DNA from: an uncultured Verrucomicrobiales bacterium
GTDB taxonomy: Bacteria > Verrucomicrobiota > Verrucomicrobiia > Verrucomicrobiales > DEV007
Assembly (NCBI GenBank): GCA_938091905.1
Contig: CALKOM010000069.1
Span: 1-43,232 of the forward strand
Length of the DNA stretch: 43,232 nt
Direction of reading: 5' to 3'
Shown: piece after piece, positions 30,201-38,748 of the stretch
Numbering within the stretch: position 1 is the first letter of the stretch
Layout: each line of letters opens with the position of its first letter
Notes under the pieces: model-generated
What the model was told of the DNA's origin: nothing
What the model saw: only the letters and a program-made list of their open reading frames with translations
Database searches by the model: none
Translations under genes and position numbers: made by a program

Positions 30201-31131
30201 AAACTTCCTTTCCTTGAGCCACCGCCCAAATGCGCTGGTCGCGATTGGCACACATCTCATCAAGAACTTCACGCTCGCGCTCCATAACATCTGCATTCGT
30301 AAAAGACTTGTCAGGATCAAAGCGCAACTTGGAGCGTCCACCATAGATGTAGTAGCCATTCACTGCACGATACCTATGAAAGTACTGAAAGTTTTTCTCA
30401 TTCACCTCAGCGCGAAGTTTCTCATCAACCTTAGCAGCCGCACCTTCCGCCCCAAAGAGCCCCTGATCTAGCATCGGCGCTAATTTGGCATAACCATCTT
30501 CAGTCAAGTGAATGCCATTCTCGGTAAGATCACCCTTCGGGGCCAGTAGCTCCAACGTGGGCTCGAAGAGATCAACAAACGTGACCGAAGGATGCTCTGC
30601 CGTCGTCGCCCGCATGACATCTGTATACAAGCTCAGCTGGCGATTCACCTCACGATCACTCGGACGCCCACCACCGCCTTCATAAGCAATCGGAGAAACG
30701 ATCGCCAAGCGCGGAGCCGTCTTTCCGTTGAACTTCTTTCCAAGTGTATCTTTGATAAAGGTGTCCAACTGAATGGCGAATCGCTCAAGCCCACCTTCGC
30801 CATCGAAAGATTCGTTCAGACCAAAAAAAGCCAAAATCACATCAGCCTTCTCCTTCGTCAGGTGATGGTCGGCATCGCCGAAGTCGAGCGAGCGAGAACG
30901 CAGCTCCAGCTCGTCCGCTGAGAAACCAAGGTTACGGACGACAAGCTGGTGCTTAGGGTAACGCGCATGCACAAGGGATTCGAAATAGCCAAAGTGCTGC
31001 ATTCTTTCCGGCAACGTGTTCCCAATAAGACAGATATGGTCATCTTTACCCAGAACCAACGGTCCGGCTTGCGCCCCGATGAATGGCGTGAATGCGAGTG
31101 ATAGGATGAAGAGAAGGCGATTCATAGACAT
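27205..31131 (-). CDS. Large secreted protein: SGNH-like + PVC-type dehydrogenase-like beta-propeller + HEAT repeats + azurin/auracyanin-like cupredoxin
   Basis: IGNTL..RNLGFSAD..NGIHL (SGNH-like); EDTDGDGKAD, NPWG and FRPVDFEFGPDGALYIVDW (propeller); DPRARAAA and HPRVRAEA (HEAT); C-terminal PHNLL and YICTFPGHWRTM (type-1 Cu ligands). Confidence 0.85.
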   Translation of the reverse strand: MSMNRLLFILSLAFTPFIGAQAGPLVLGKDDHICLIGNTLPERMQHFGYFESLVHARYPKHQLVVRNLGFSADELELRSRSLDFGDADHHLTKEKADVILAFFGLNESFDGEGGLERFAIQLDTFIKDTLGKKFNGKTAPRLAIVSPIAYEGGGGRPSDREVNRQLSLYTDVMRATTAEHPSVTFVDLFEPTLELLAPKGDLTENGIHLTEDGYAKLAPMLDQGLFGAEGAAAKVDEKLRAEVNEKNFQYFHRYRAVNGYYIYGGRSKLRFDPDKSFTNADVMEREREVLDEMCANRDQRIWAVAQGKEVSEEIDDSNVSPFIEVKSNFGSGSNDGKEGSVAYLKPEETLKKLTLGRGYVANVFASEVEFPEIANCVQMAFDSAGKLWVCCMPMYQGYRPGEPMTDKIVVLEDTDGDGKADKSTLFADDLHVPTGFEVGDGGVYVAQQPDVMFLKDTDGDGKADYRKRILHGFDSGDSHHSISTFTWGPGGGLYLHEGTFHHTSVETPWGPVRNAHGAIYRFDPTRKQLETFVSYNFANPWGHCFDEWGQNFVADASGGANYWGTAFSSRAVPYEGQEDFGPFKFTTRAQLKQFIKKRVRPTSGIEVVSSHHFPQNVQGNLLLNNCIGFLGVLQHKVYDDGSGFRGEEVEPILQSADGNFRPVDFEFGPDGALYIVDWHNALVGHMQHNVRDPNRDKTHGRIWRVTYPARPLATPPRIAGESIVNLLEVLKDPIIRTRHHARMELRLYPKKEVVKALGAWVGRLDANDPDYEHHLLEALWVHQHHHSVNRGLLEKILNAKDPRARAAATRVISFWRDGLRRPLDLLHPRIGDSHPRVRAEALRAVSYLDSKAAASLALDVLDHPMDDYLDYLLNETMRVLDKHLTVELADGSMQASVLLDKGGKMVDYQLGRLKVDELLALNRDATNPRYEPIHEAILKRPGMVLAERESAVAALARSNKTDVATELVRILKGLDAAKANGALIVDIGKMLFNLDGGLLLNQRPALEGLAKGGKTASGRQMAYATLMNSRFMDEAVVIAGDDSKRLSDLLGAVSAMDSEEALGKIYENVFSFLDSQDVALREAAIGASTSFTGHGEEVFAKLVRLLESDTSTHAVIKALHRMHSYYWHQGKLPDVARKILTVAEGIPVGDRNKAPFLDAIQLVQEMSKRFKKRTDISEQIAKLRVPVIRIGTVKHQLKFDKTEFTVEAGKEIEIIFENSDTLPHNLLLAHPGALEEVGALADKMALQPDGMSKHFIPDSPKVLKSTKLLQEGKSETLKIKAPETKGDYLYICTFPGHWRTMYGKMILK

Positions 31132-31276
31132 TGTCGTAGAGCGGGCCCAAGGCCACCCACAATAAAGCTACTGGCCCTTCGCCTCATGGCAATGGCTTTC
31201 CGAATTCCCTGGGAGTGTTAATACCAAATCTTGCTCACCAAGAAGCGCTTCCTTTGAGCGGGCCAATGCCTGCCGC

Positions 31277-31612
31277 CTACGAGATCTCGACCACGCTATT
31301 CAGCGTCCTAAACTCGTTCACGACCCAGCGTGGACAGCTGGGATCCGCACTCCACTCGCCCTCGATGACAAACTTATACTCATACCGTCCCGCTGGAAGC
31401 AGCAGAGTCCGGTCAAAGACACCGGGCTCATCAACCGTGGCGTGAAGCGGATGGCGGCCAGGCGCCCAACCATTGAACGAGCCAACGACAGAGACTTCGC
31501 TTCCGGGACAGGCATCCACGGTGAACCGAAAGCGGCGCTTTCGGACTAGCTGCTTTGGAACTGCATCGGCTTTTGCAACGATTCTGCGTTCGAGTGGAGC
31601 TGGAATATCCAT
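31277..31612 (-). CDS. Stand-alone glycogen-binding domain protein (CBM48/AMPK-beta GBD-like)
   Basis: EVSVVGSFNGW, LPAGRYEYKFVIEGEWSADP and NEFRTLNSV. Start uncertain (31612, 31621 or 31639). Confidence 0.85.
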   Translation of the reverse strand: MDIPAPLERRIVAKADAVPKQLVRKRRFRFTVDACPGSEVSVVGSFNGWAPGRHPLHATVDEPGVFDRTLLLPAGRYEYKFVIEGEWSADPSCPRWVVNEFRTLNSVVEIS

Positions 31613-31627
31613 GACGGACATTTGGAA

Positions 31628-31643
31628 TGCATATTTCATGCCA
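31628..31643 (-). promoter_or_regulatory. Possible sigma-54 (-24/-12) promoter for the CBM48 gene
   Basis: Minus strand TGGCATG-AAAT-ATGCA has GG-N10-GC spacing. It would leave only a very short leader. Confidence 0.3.
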
Positions 31644-31739
31644 GCCTGCAGATCCTTCGAGAGAACGAATTTGTAACATTCGTCGCTCTGTTCCGTGTCT
31701 CTGGTTGATTTCATCGAGTCGTGGGCATGGGTGCTTTCG

Positions 31740-34409
31740 ATGGCGACGAATGACACCCGCGAGAAACAGAAGCTCCATGAGAATTCGACCCGGAAGCAGC
31801 ACTGGCTGCGCTGGGGACCTTACTTGGCCGAACGCCAATGGGCCACGGTTCGCGAGGACTACTCTGCCAACGGGGATTGCTGGAACTATTTCCCTCATGA
31901 TCACTCGCGCAGTCGGGCCTATCGTTGGGGTGAAGACGGCTTGCTAGGATTCACAGATTCCCAATGTCGGCTGTGCGTTTCCCTCGCTCTTTGGAATGAG
32001 AGAGATTCCATTTTAAAAGAACGCCTGTTCGGCCTTACAAACCCCGAAGGCAATCATGGTGAAGACGTGAAAGAACAGTACTTCTATCTGTTCTCATCTC
32101 CCTCACACTCCTACGTCAAGCAGCTCTACAAGTATCCGCACGCGAAGTTCCCGTATTCCAAGCTCGTCAGTGAGAATAAGAAGCGTACAACAGAGGACAG
32201 AGAGTATGAGTTAGTCGACACAGGCGTCTTTGACCAGGAACGTTACATGGACGTGGTCGCCGAGTATGCCAAAGAAGGACCTAACGATCTACTCATTCAA
32301 TACACAGTAACCAATCGCGGTCCAGATGCAGCCCCTGTCCACGTCGTTCCCCAGATCTGGTTTCGCAACAACTGGACCTGGCAGTGCACCCACGAGGGTT
32401 GCAGTGTGAAGCCTACAATCAGGAAGGTCGATGACCACCATCTTCTCTTGGACCAAGAATCATTGGGTAAATTTCACCTGGTTTGGGAAGAGGATTCATC
32501 TCAATTCCAAGAGGCCCTATTCACCGAAAATGTAACCAATGATCGCCGCATTCTCGGAACAAAGACCAATCGATCACGCTATGTTAAAGATGCGTTCCAT
32601 CGCCACATCGTCAATGGCGAGGACGATGTCGTGAATCCAGATGAGAAGGGAACGAAAGCCGGGCTGCATTTTAAGTTCATACTAGCTCCCGGCGAATCCC
32701 AAAAGGTGCGCTTGCGTCTGTTTAGCGAAGACGAAACGCCAAATCGGCCTCCGTTTCACAAATTCGATCAGATCATTAAGACGTGCGCCTGTGAAGGAGA
32801 AGCGTTTTACGACGGCATCCTATCACCGAACTTAACCCAGGATGAGCGCAACGTCGTGGTGCAGTCTTATGCTGGCTTGCTCTGCAGCAAGCAATTCTAT
32901 CACTACGTCGTAGAGGATTGGCTTCAAGGCGATCCAGCAATCGGCAAACCTCCTCCGGAGCGTAGGCAAGGCCGGAACAAAAATTGGCAACATCTCTACA
33001 GTAGAGACATCATCTCGATGCCTGACAAATGGGAGTACCCTTGGTTCGCAGCCTGGGACCTGGCTTTTCACATGGTCCCCATGGCAAAAGTCGACCCAGG
33101 TTTCGCCAAAAATCAGTTAAGTGTCTTTCTCCGCGAATGGTATATGCACCCTAACGGACAGCTACCAGCCTACGAGTTCCACTTGGACGATGTCAATCCT
33201 CCGGTCCACGCCTGGGCAGCGCGCCGAGTTTATGAAATCGAAAAGGAATCAGACAAACCGGATCGGAATTTCCTAACCAGCGTCTTCCAGAAGCTTCTTC
33301 TCAACTTCACTTGGTGGGTTAACCGCAAAGACGATGAAGGGAATAACATCTTCTCTGGCGGCTTCCTCGGATTGGATAACATCAGCCTATTTGATCGATC
33401 CAGCGACGTTCCTATGGGCGGCCGCCTTCAGCAAGCAGATGGCACAGCATGGATGGGGTTCTATTGCTCCAATATGATGCAAATGGCCTTGGAACTTGCT
33501 CGCGATGGCGATCGTCACGCCATCGCCTACGAAGATATGGCTTCGAAATTTTTTGAGCACTTTGTGCAAATCGTCGACGCCATCAACACGCACGGCGGCA
33601 CCGGGCTATGGGACGAAATCGACGGCTTTTATTACGACCAGGTTCTACTCGATCACGAAGTACTCCCCATCAAGTCTCGCTCGCTCGTCGGCCTCCTTCC
33701 ATTGATTGCCGTGACCGTCATTGATGAAGATCAGCTAGATAAACTTCCCGGCTTCCGCAAACGCTTCGAGTGGTTCCTCAAGCACCGTAAAGATCTGGCT
33801 CGTTACATCATTCACAGTCGAACCGGCAAGAAACGGTGGCTCATTTCTGCCGTGCCGTTCCAGCGCCTACAACGAATCTTGATCAGACTGCTCGATCCGA
33901 ACGAATTCCTATCTCCGTTCGGTATTCGCTCTCTCTCAAAACACCACGAACAGCACCCATTCTCCGTCGACGTCAAAGGTCACCAACAGAGCGTTCCCTT
34001 CGTTCCTGGAGAATCGACCACCCTTTCCTTTGGAGGCAATTCCAACTGGCGCGGACCCATTTGGTTTCCTGTGAATCACTTGCTAGTCGAATCCTTGCGA
34101 ACCTATCACAAGTTTTACGGTTCCATGTTGGAAGTCCGCGCCCCTGGTTCCGAGCAAGCAGGAGTCACGCTCGATGTCGCCGCCACAGACATTGTCAAAC
34201 GCCTAACCAAGCTCTTTCGCACCGGCCCGGCAGGGCGACCAGCCCATGGTAGTGATGTCCAGTTCAAGGACGATCCCGCGTGGAAAGATCTTGTCTTGTT
34301 CTACGAGTACTTCCACTCAGAGACCGGGCGAGGACTTGGCGCAAGCCACCAAACCGGCTGGACAGCACTCGTCGCCCTGTATTTCGACGAATTGGCTAAT
34401 TCACGCTAG
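31740..34409 (+). CDS. GH63-like (MGH1-like) alpha-glucosidase / glycoside hydrolase
   Basis: WGPYLAERQWATVREDYS, SMPDKWEYPWFAAWDLAFH, GGFLGLDNI, NSNWRGPIWFP and YEYFHSETGRGLGASHQTGWT. Start refined to MATND. Confidence 0.9.
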   Translation: MATNDTREKQKLHENSTRKQHWLRWGPYLAERQWATVREDYSANGDCWNYFPHDHSRSRAYRWGEDGLLGFTDSQCRLCVSLALWNERDSILKERLFGLTNPEGNHGEDVKEQYFYLFSSPSHSYVKQLYKYPHAKFPYSKLVSENKKRTTEDREYELVDTGVFDQERYMDVVAEYAKEGPNDLLIQYTVTNRGPDAAPVHVVPQIWFRNNWTWQCTHEGCSVKPTIRKVDDHHLLLDQESLGKFHLVWEEDSSQFQEALFTENVTNDRRILGTKTNRSRYVKDAFHRHIVNGEDDVVNPDEKGTKAGLHFKFILAPGESQKVRLRLFSEDETPNRPPFHKFDQIIKTCACEGEAFYDGILSPNLTQDERNVVVQSYAGLLCSKQFYHYVVEDWLQGDPAIGKPPPERRQGRNKNWQHLYSRDIISMPDKWEYPWFAAWDLAFHMVPMAKVDPGFAKNQLSVFLREWYMHPNGQLPAYEFHLDDVNPPVHAWAARRVYEIEKESDKPDRNFLTSVFQKLLLNFTWWVNRKDDEGNNIFSGGFLGLDNISLFDRSSDVPMGGRLQQADGTAWMGFYCSNMMQMALELARDGDRHAIAYEDMASKFFEHFVQIVDAINTHGGTGLWDEIDGFYYDQVLLDHEVLPIKSRSLVGLLPLIAVTVIDEDQLDKLPGFRKRFEWFLKHRKDLARYIIHSRTGKKRWLISAVPFQRLQRILIRLLDPNEFLSPFGIRSLSKHHEQHPFSVDVKGHQQSVPFVPGESTTLSFGGNSNWRGPIWFPVNHLLVESLRTYHKFYGSMLEVRAPGSEQAGVTLDVAATDIVKRLTKLFRTGPAGRPAHGSDVQFKDDPAWKDLVLFYEYFHSETGRGLGASHQTGWTALVALYFDELANSR

Positions 34410-34430
34410 CACTGCTCAAGATAATCTCTC

Positions 34431-35756
34431 TCAAGAGGAGACGCCAAGCTTGCGCTGCATCTCTTCTAACGGAACCCCCTTAGTCTCAGGCACCATCAGT
34501 TTCACCCAAATCAACTGCAAAACCATCATCACACAGAAGAAGAGAAAAACAGCTCCTGGAGGAAACTCAGTCACCAACATCGGGAACGCATAAGTCAGTG
34601 TTGCAGCAAAGACCCAGTGAGTGGCACAACCCAACGATTGACCATGGGCCCGAAACTGATTGGGAAAAATCTCGGAAATAAACACCCAAATGACAGCGCC
34701 TTGCCCTACGGCATGGGCAGCAATAAAGGCAAAGATACAAGCCGGCACGATCCCAAAGTTTTCCGAATAGAACGCCCAAGCACACAGACCTAGAGAAAGG
34801 ATATAGCCGAAGGAACCAATGTAAAGGAGCGTCCGGCGGCCAAGTCTATCAATAAGCCAGAGACCGACAAACGTGAAAATCAGGTTCGTCACTCCGATAC
34901 CGACAGACTGCAGCAGGGCCGCTTTCTCTCCCAGCCCCGTCATTTCAAAAATCCTTGGCGCAAAATAGAGAATCGCATTAATGCCAGACAGCTGGTTGAA
35001 AAAAGCAATTAAGAACGCCAGTAGAATGGGAACTTTGAGCCTCCCACTGAAAAAGCCCTGAGTAGAGACCTGTGCCTCATCCGCCTCTTCAATCACTTTT
35101 GCACGACCCGCCAACGTTTCCTCACTCGCTTCTGTATCGATCATGCCCAGCACGGCAAGGCCCTCTGAACGGTCACCCTTCTTCGTAAGAAGCCACCGGG
35201 GGCTCTCCGGGATCTGCAGGCACATGATCGCGTAGATCACGGCAGGTATCGCTTCGACTGCTAACATCCATCTCCAATCGCTCTCTCCGCTTCCACCGAT
35301 CAGCGCATTGGAGAGAAACGCGACGAGAATGCCGAAGACGATATTAAACTGAAACATCCCGGCCAAACGTCCTCGCTTCTCAGGAGGCGAAATCTCTGAA
35401 ATGTAAAGCGGTGCTGCCACTGTGGAGATCCCCACGCCAATGCCACCGATGAATCGAGCTGTGATGAATGAGTAAACATCATTGGCCAGTGCCGACCAAA
35501 TCGCCGACACCAAGTAGAGCAGACCAATCGAGATCAGCGTCTTCTTCCGGCCAAGCACCTCTGTAGGCCAGCCACCAATCAGTGATCCCAGAACCGTCCC
35601 CCAGAGCGCGGCAGACATGGCCCAGCCATGCATGCTCCCGCTCAACCCCCAGAGGGCCTGAATCTTCTGTTCCGCCCCCGAAATAACCACCGTATCGAAT
35701 CCAAAGAGAAACCCGGCAAGAGCCGAGGTGATAGACCAGAGAAGAAGACGATTCAT
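34431..35756 (-). CDS. MFS sugar porter family transporter
   Basis: GFLFGFDTVVISG, GRKK, YISEISP..RG, PESPRW, NQLSGINAILY, DRLGRR and PETKG. Confidence 0.94.
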   Translation of the reverse strand: MNRLLLWSITSALAGFLFGFDTVVISGAEQKIQALWGLSGSMHGWAMSAALWGTVLGSLIGGWPTEVLGRKKTLISIGLLYLVSAIWSALANDVYSFITARFIGGIGVGISTVAAPLYISEISPPEKRGRLAGMFQFNIVFGILVAFLSNALIGGSGESDWRWMLAVEAIPAVIYAIMCLQIPESPRWLLTKKGDRSEGLAVLGMIDTEASEETLAGRAKVIEEADEAQVSTQGFFSGRLKVPILLAFLIAFFNQLSGINAILYFAPRIFEMTGLGEKAALLQSVGIGVTNLIFTFVGLWLIDRLGRRTLLYIGSFGYILSLGLCAWAFYSENFGIVPACIFAFIAAHAVGQGAVIWVFISEIFPNQFRAHGQSLGCATHWVFAATLTYAFPMLVTEFPPGAVFLFFCVMMVLQLIWVKLMVPETKGVPLEEMQRKLGVSS

Positions 35757-35931
35757 AACAGATACGTGGATTACCACAGATACCAACGGTCTTGTCAGCA
35801 CCTATTTGATTGAGGATTTCAATTCCATTCAGGAGCAACGCAACCGCGGAAGCCTTCGCCAAGAGGCACTTTAAAACTTGCATTCTTTCGGAGTCACTAC
35901 TATGCATAGCATGTTACCTTACCTTATTTTT

Positions 35932-36693
35932 ATGACTCTCTTCTCTTGGACTACGTTGGATCGCTTGTTGCGTGGCAACTTAGCGAACGTCGATTCGTCA
36001 TCTGCCGGGAAGGCGCTCTTATCCTGGCAAATCCTACTTGCAGCCTTTTATGGACTCTGTTTGGGGCTCTTCGCGCTCTCCGTTCGGGAGACACCGGATG
36101 CTCGCTTCATGTTTAGCGCCGCCCTGAAATTACCGGTGCTCATTATTGGCGCAACGCTGGTGACACTGCCCTCGTTGTACGTCTTCCTCGCGCTGTTTGA
36201 CGTGTCTCTTAGTTTCAAACAGGTGCTCGGCGGGATGCTTGCCGCCAACACCATCTTCGCGACAGTGATCGCCTCACTTGGACCCATCGTCGGCTTCTTT
36301 AGCCTATCCTCACAGTCCTATCCGTTCATTCTTCTGCTCAATGTCACCATCTGTGGCCTCGGAGGTTTCCTCGGAATGCGACTGGTGGTGAAAACCCTGG
36401 CAGCGTCACAACCAGAACCGGATCCCGTCATCGCCAAGGCGAGCGAAGAGACCAAAGCCGATGATCAACCTCCATCGCTACCTAATGAGCCTATGGCAGC
36501 CCCTGAAGGCCAAAGCTGGAAAGGCATCCTCGGTGTCTGGATGGTTTTGTATGTCTTCGTCGGCACCCAGCTTGCTTGGATCTTGCGCCCATTCATCGGG
36601 AATCCAGAGTCCCCCTTTGTTTGGTTCCGTGGAAAGTCTGGCAGCTTTGTCGACGCCGTCTTGCGTGCCCTTGGAGAATACTTAAGTTCATAG
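35932..36693 (+). CDS. Hypothetical polytopic membrane protein A (QLAWILRPFIG motif)
   Basis: About 5 TM helices, with FYG, KLP, LPSLYV and VGTQLAWILRPFIGNP. Start uncertain (35878-35932). Confidence 0.75.
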   Translation: MTLFSWTTLDRLLRGNLANVDSSSAGKALLSWQILLAAFYGLCLGLFALSVRETPDARFMFSAALKLPVLIIGATLVTLPSLYVFLALFDVSLSFKQVLGGMLAANTIFATVIASLGPIVGFFSLSSQSYPFILLLNVTICGLGGFLGMRLVVKTLAASQPEPDPVIAKASEETKADDQPPSLPNEPMAAPEGQSWKGILGVWMVLYVFVGTQLAWILRPFIGNPESPFVWFRGKSGSFVDAVLRALGEYLSS

Positions 36694-36707
36694 TCCCACC
36701 CTCGCCA

Positions 36708-37406
36708 ATGATTGCCAACCTAGGCCAACATGTTCTCGCATTAGGTGGCGAGATCGATGGCTTACTACGCCATGGCAATCATCGGCGAGCCGATGAGCTC
36801 CGAGGAAAGAAGGCACTACTGGTCTTCTTGGTCTGCGGTGGATTTTACGGAGCCATTATGGCAACGTTCGCGTTCAGCGCAGAACGCCTTCTCTTGGTCG
36901 CTTATGGCATGCTCAAGGTCCCCATCCTCTTTGGCTTCACCATGATTCTCGCCATTCCGGGATTCTACGTTCTGAGCAACTTACGAGGCGTCGGTTCAGA
37001 CTTCAAAGAGGTGTTCTATCTCTTGCTAGACTACCAACTCCTCATCGCCATCACTCTCGCCGCTTTGGCTCCAATAACGTTGTTAGTCAACCTGTCAGCA
37101 TCGTCAGATGCTTACCAAGCCGTCCAACTTTGGAATACCTTCACCTTCTTCATTGCTGCGGTCACCGCACAAAGAAAGTTCTCCTCGCAAAGCAAAGCGC
37201 TCGTCTATAAAGACTCGAGACACCGGCTTCTCCTACATGGTTGGACGGCCCTGTATGCTTTCATTGGCATTCAGATGGCGTGGACGCTGCGGCCGTTCAT
37301 CGGTTCTCCAGGCCAGCGCATCGGCTTTCTGCGTGAAGGAAAATTGGAGAATGCCTACGTGAAGCTCTTCGAAATCTTCAGCGAACTCCTGGGTTCAATC
37401 TTTTAA
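36708..37406 (+). CDS. Hypothetical polytopic membrane protein B, paralog of A (QMAWTLRPFIG motif)
   Basis: About 5 TM helices, with FYG, KVP, IPGFYV and IGIQMAWTLRPFIGSP. Start refined to ATG 36708. Confidence 0.75.
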   Translation: MIANLGQHVLALGGEIDGLLRHGNHRRADELRGKKALLVFLVCGGFYGAIMATFAFSAERLLLVAYGMLKVPILFGFTMILAIPGFYVLSNLRGVGSDFKEVFYLLLDYQLLIAITLAALAPITLLVNLSASSDAYQAVQLWNTFTFFIAAVTAQRKFSSQSKALVYKDSRHRLLLHGWTALYAFIGIQMAWTLRPFIGSPGQRIGFLREGKLENAYVKLFEIFSELLGSIF

Positions 37407-37751
37407 AGGGCGCGTTACTGAAACACCTACCCACTTTGTCCCGGGTAGGATGAATTTCCGGATCGTGAGATCAACGCTGGAGATCGGGAAGGTCTTGAGC
37501 AAGTGAGCCGTCAACTCTTCTGCTAGAGTCTCAATCAACTTGCGCGGCTTTGCCGCTGCCACATCTTTGAGTTCGAGGCTCACACGTTCGTAGTCGATCG
37601 TCTCCTCAATGGAATCACCGATATCCCGGAAGTCACGTTTAGGTGTGAGCATAACATCCAATTCGATCGTTTGCCAACGTGCCCGTTCCTCATCAGGTAC
37701 CCCAACAAGCACCGGCGTCTGTAGTCCTTGGATATGTATCGTATCTGGCAC
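37395..37751 (-). CDS. folB: Dihydroneopterin aldolase
   Basis: DTIHIQGL..VGVPDEER..Q, DSIEETIDY, KLIETLAE and IRKF.LP motifs; 118 aa. Confidence 0.9.
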   Translation of the reverse strand: MPDTIHIQGLQTPVLVGVPDEERARWQTIELDVMLTPKRDFRDIGDSIEETIDYERVSLELKDVAAAKPRKLIETLAEELTAHLLKTFPISSVDLTIRKFILPGTKWVGVSVTRPLKD

Positions 37752-37758
37752 AGTCCTT

Positions 37759-38736
37759 CTATATCAATTTCATCCGGCTGAGATCCTGAGTGTCGAGCAA
37801 GCCTATCGGGCGGCCTTCTCCATCAACGACGATCAAATCGTCAATCCGGTGTTTATCCAGCAGTTGCAGAGCTTCGGTCGCGAGTTTCTGACCTTGGATC
37901 GAAATCGGATTGCGGGTCATATGCTCTGCCACAGGAGCATTGGCCAATGATCCGCCTTGCTGGAACGCTCTCACGAAATCCCCATGCGTGAACACGCCAG
38001 CAAGCCCCCCGTGGCTCCCCAGAACAACAGCGGCCCCTGCCCTGTGGTCCGTCATTCGCCTGAGTGCCTGTGAGATCGGGGTCGCCTCGTCCACGAGGGC
38101 AATGTGTTTCACATCTCGCATGACATCACTCACGCGCGTGAGAAGAATGCGCCCAAGATGCCCGTTGGGATGGAGCTCGGCGAAATCTTCGCCTCGAAAG
38201 CCACGAGCTTCTAACAAGACCATGGCCAGCGCATCCCCCAGCACCAACATCACGGTGCTGCTAGAAGTGGGTGCCAAGTTCAACGGGCACGCTTCCCTCT
38301 CGACGCTAGAGTCCAAGACGATGTCACTATGCCGAGCGAGCGACGAGTCAGACTTTCCCGTGAAGCCGATCACCGTCACTTCGAATCGTCGAAGGTAAGG
38401 CAGCAGATCTAACAATTCACGCGTTTCTCCGCTCTGGCTCATAGCCAAGACGACATCGCCAGGTTGCACCAGGCCAAGATCACCATGCAGTGCATTCTGG
38501 GAATGCAGCACCACGGCAGTCGCGCCCGTGCTGTTGAGCGTGGCAGCGATCTTGTAGCCGATGTTTCCAGATTTCCCAACACCAACGACAACGATCTTGC
38601 GCTGCGTGTCGATAGCTTGCTTGCAAGCATCGACAGCTTCGCAGAACGAATCTGCAAGACGCCCAGAAAGCCGCTCTAGCTCATCAACCTCAAGGGCGAT
38701 GACACGTTTGGCTTTCTCTAGGTAGTCCACAGGCAA
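37759..38736 (-). CDS. kdsD: KpsF/GutQ-family arabinose-5-phosphate isomerase (SIS + CBS)
   Basis: GVGKSGNIG, HGDLG, SQSGET, EACPLNLAPTSS, GDALA, HPNG and a CBS pair. Confidence 0.9.
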   Translation of the reverse strand: MPVDYLEKAKRVIALEVDELERLSGRLADSFCEAVDACKQAIDTQRKIVVVGVGKSGNIGYKIAATLNSTGATAVVLHSQNALHGDLGLVQPGDVVLAMSQSGETRELLDLLPYLRRFEVTVIGFTGKSDSSLARHSDIVLDSSVEREACPLNLAPTSSSTVMLVLGDALAMVLLEARGFRGEDFAELHPNGHLGRILLTRVSDVMRDVKHIALVDEATPISQALRRMTDHRAGAAVVLGSHGGLAGVFTHGDFVRAFQQGGSLANAPVAEHMTRNPISIQGQKLATEALQLLDKHRIDDLIVVDGEGRPIGLLDTQDLSRMKLI

Positions 38737-38748
38737 ACGCTGAACCCG

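Noticed and set aside
31139..31266. GAGCGGGCC(C)AA occurring twice in the intergenic region
   Set aside because: Short GC-rich match with no further structure; compatible with chance.
36576..36707. Upstream extension of membrane protein B
   Set aside because: Overlaps paralog A out of frame. Alignment with A supports the start at 36708.
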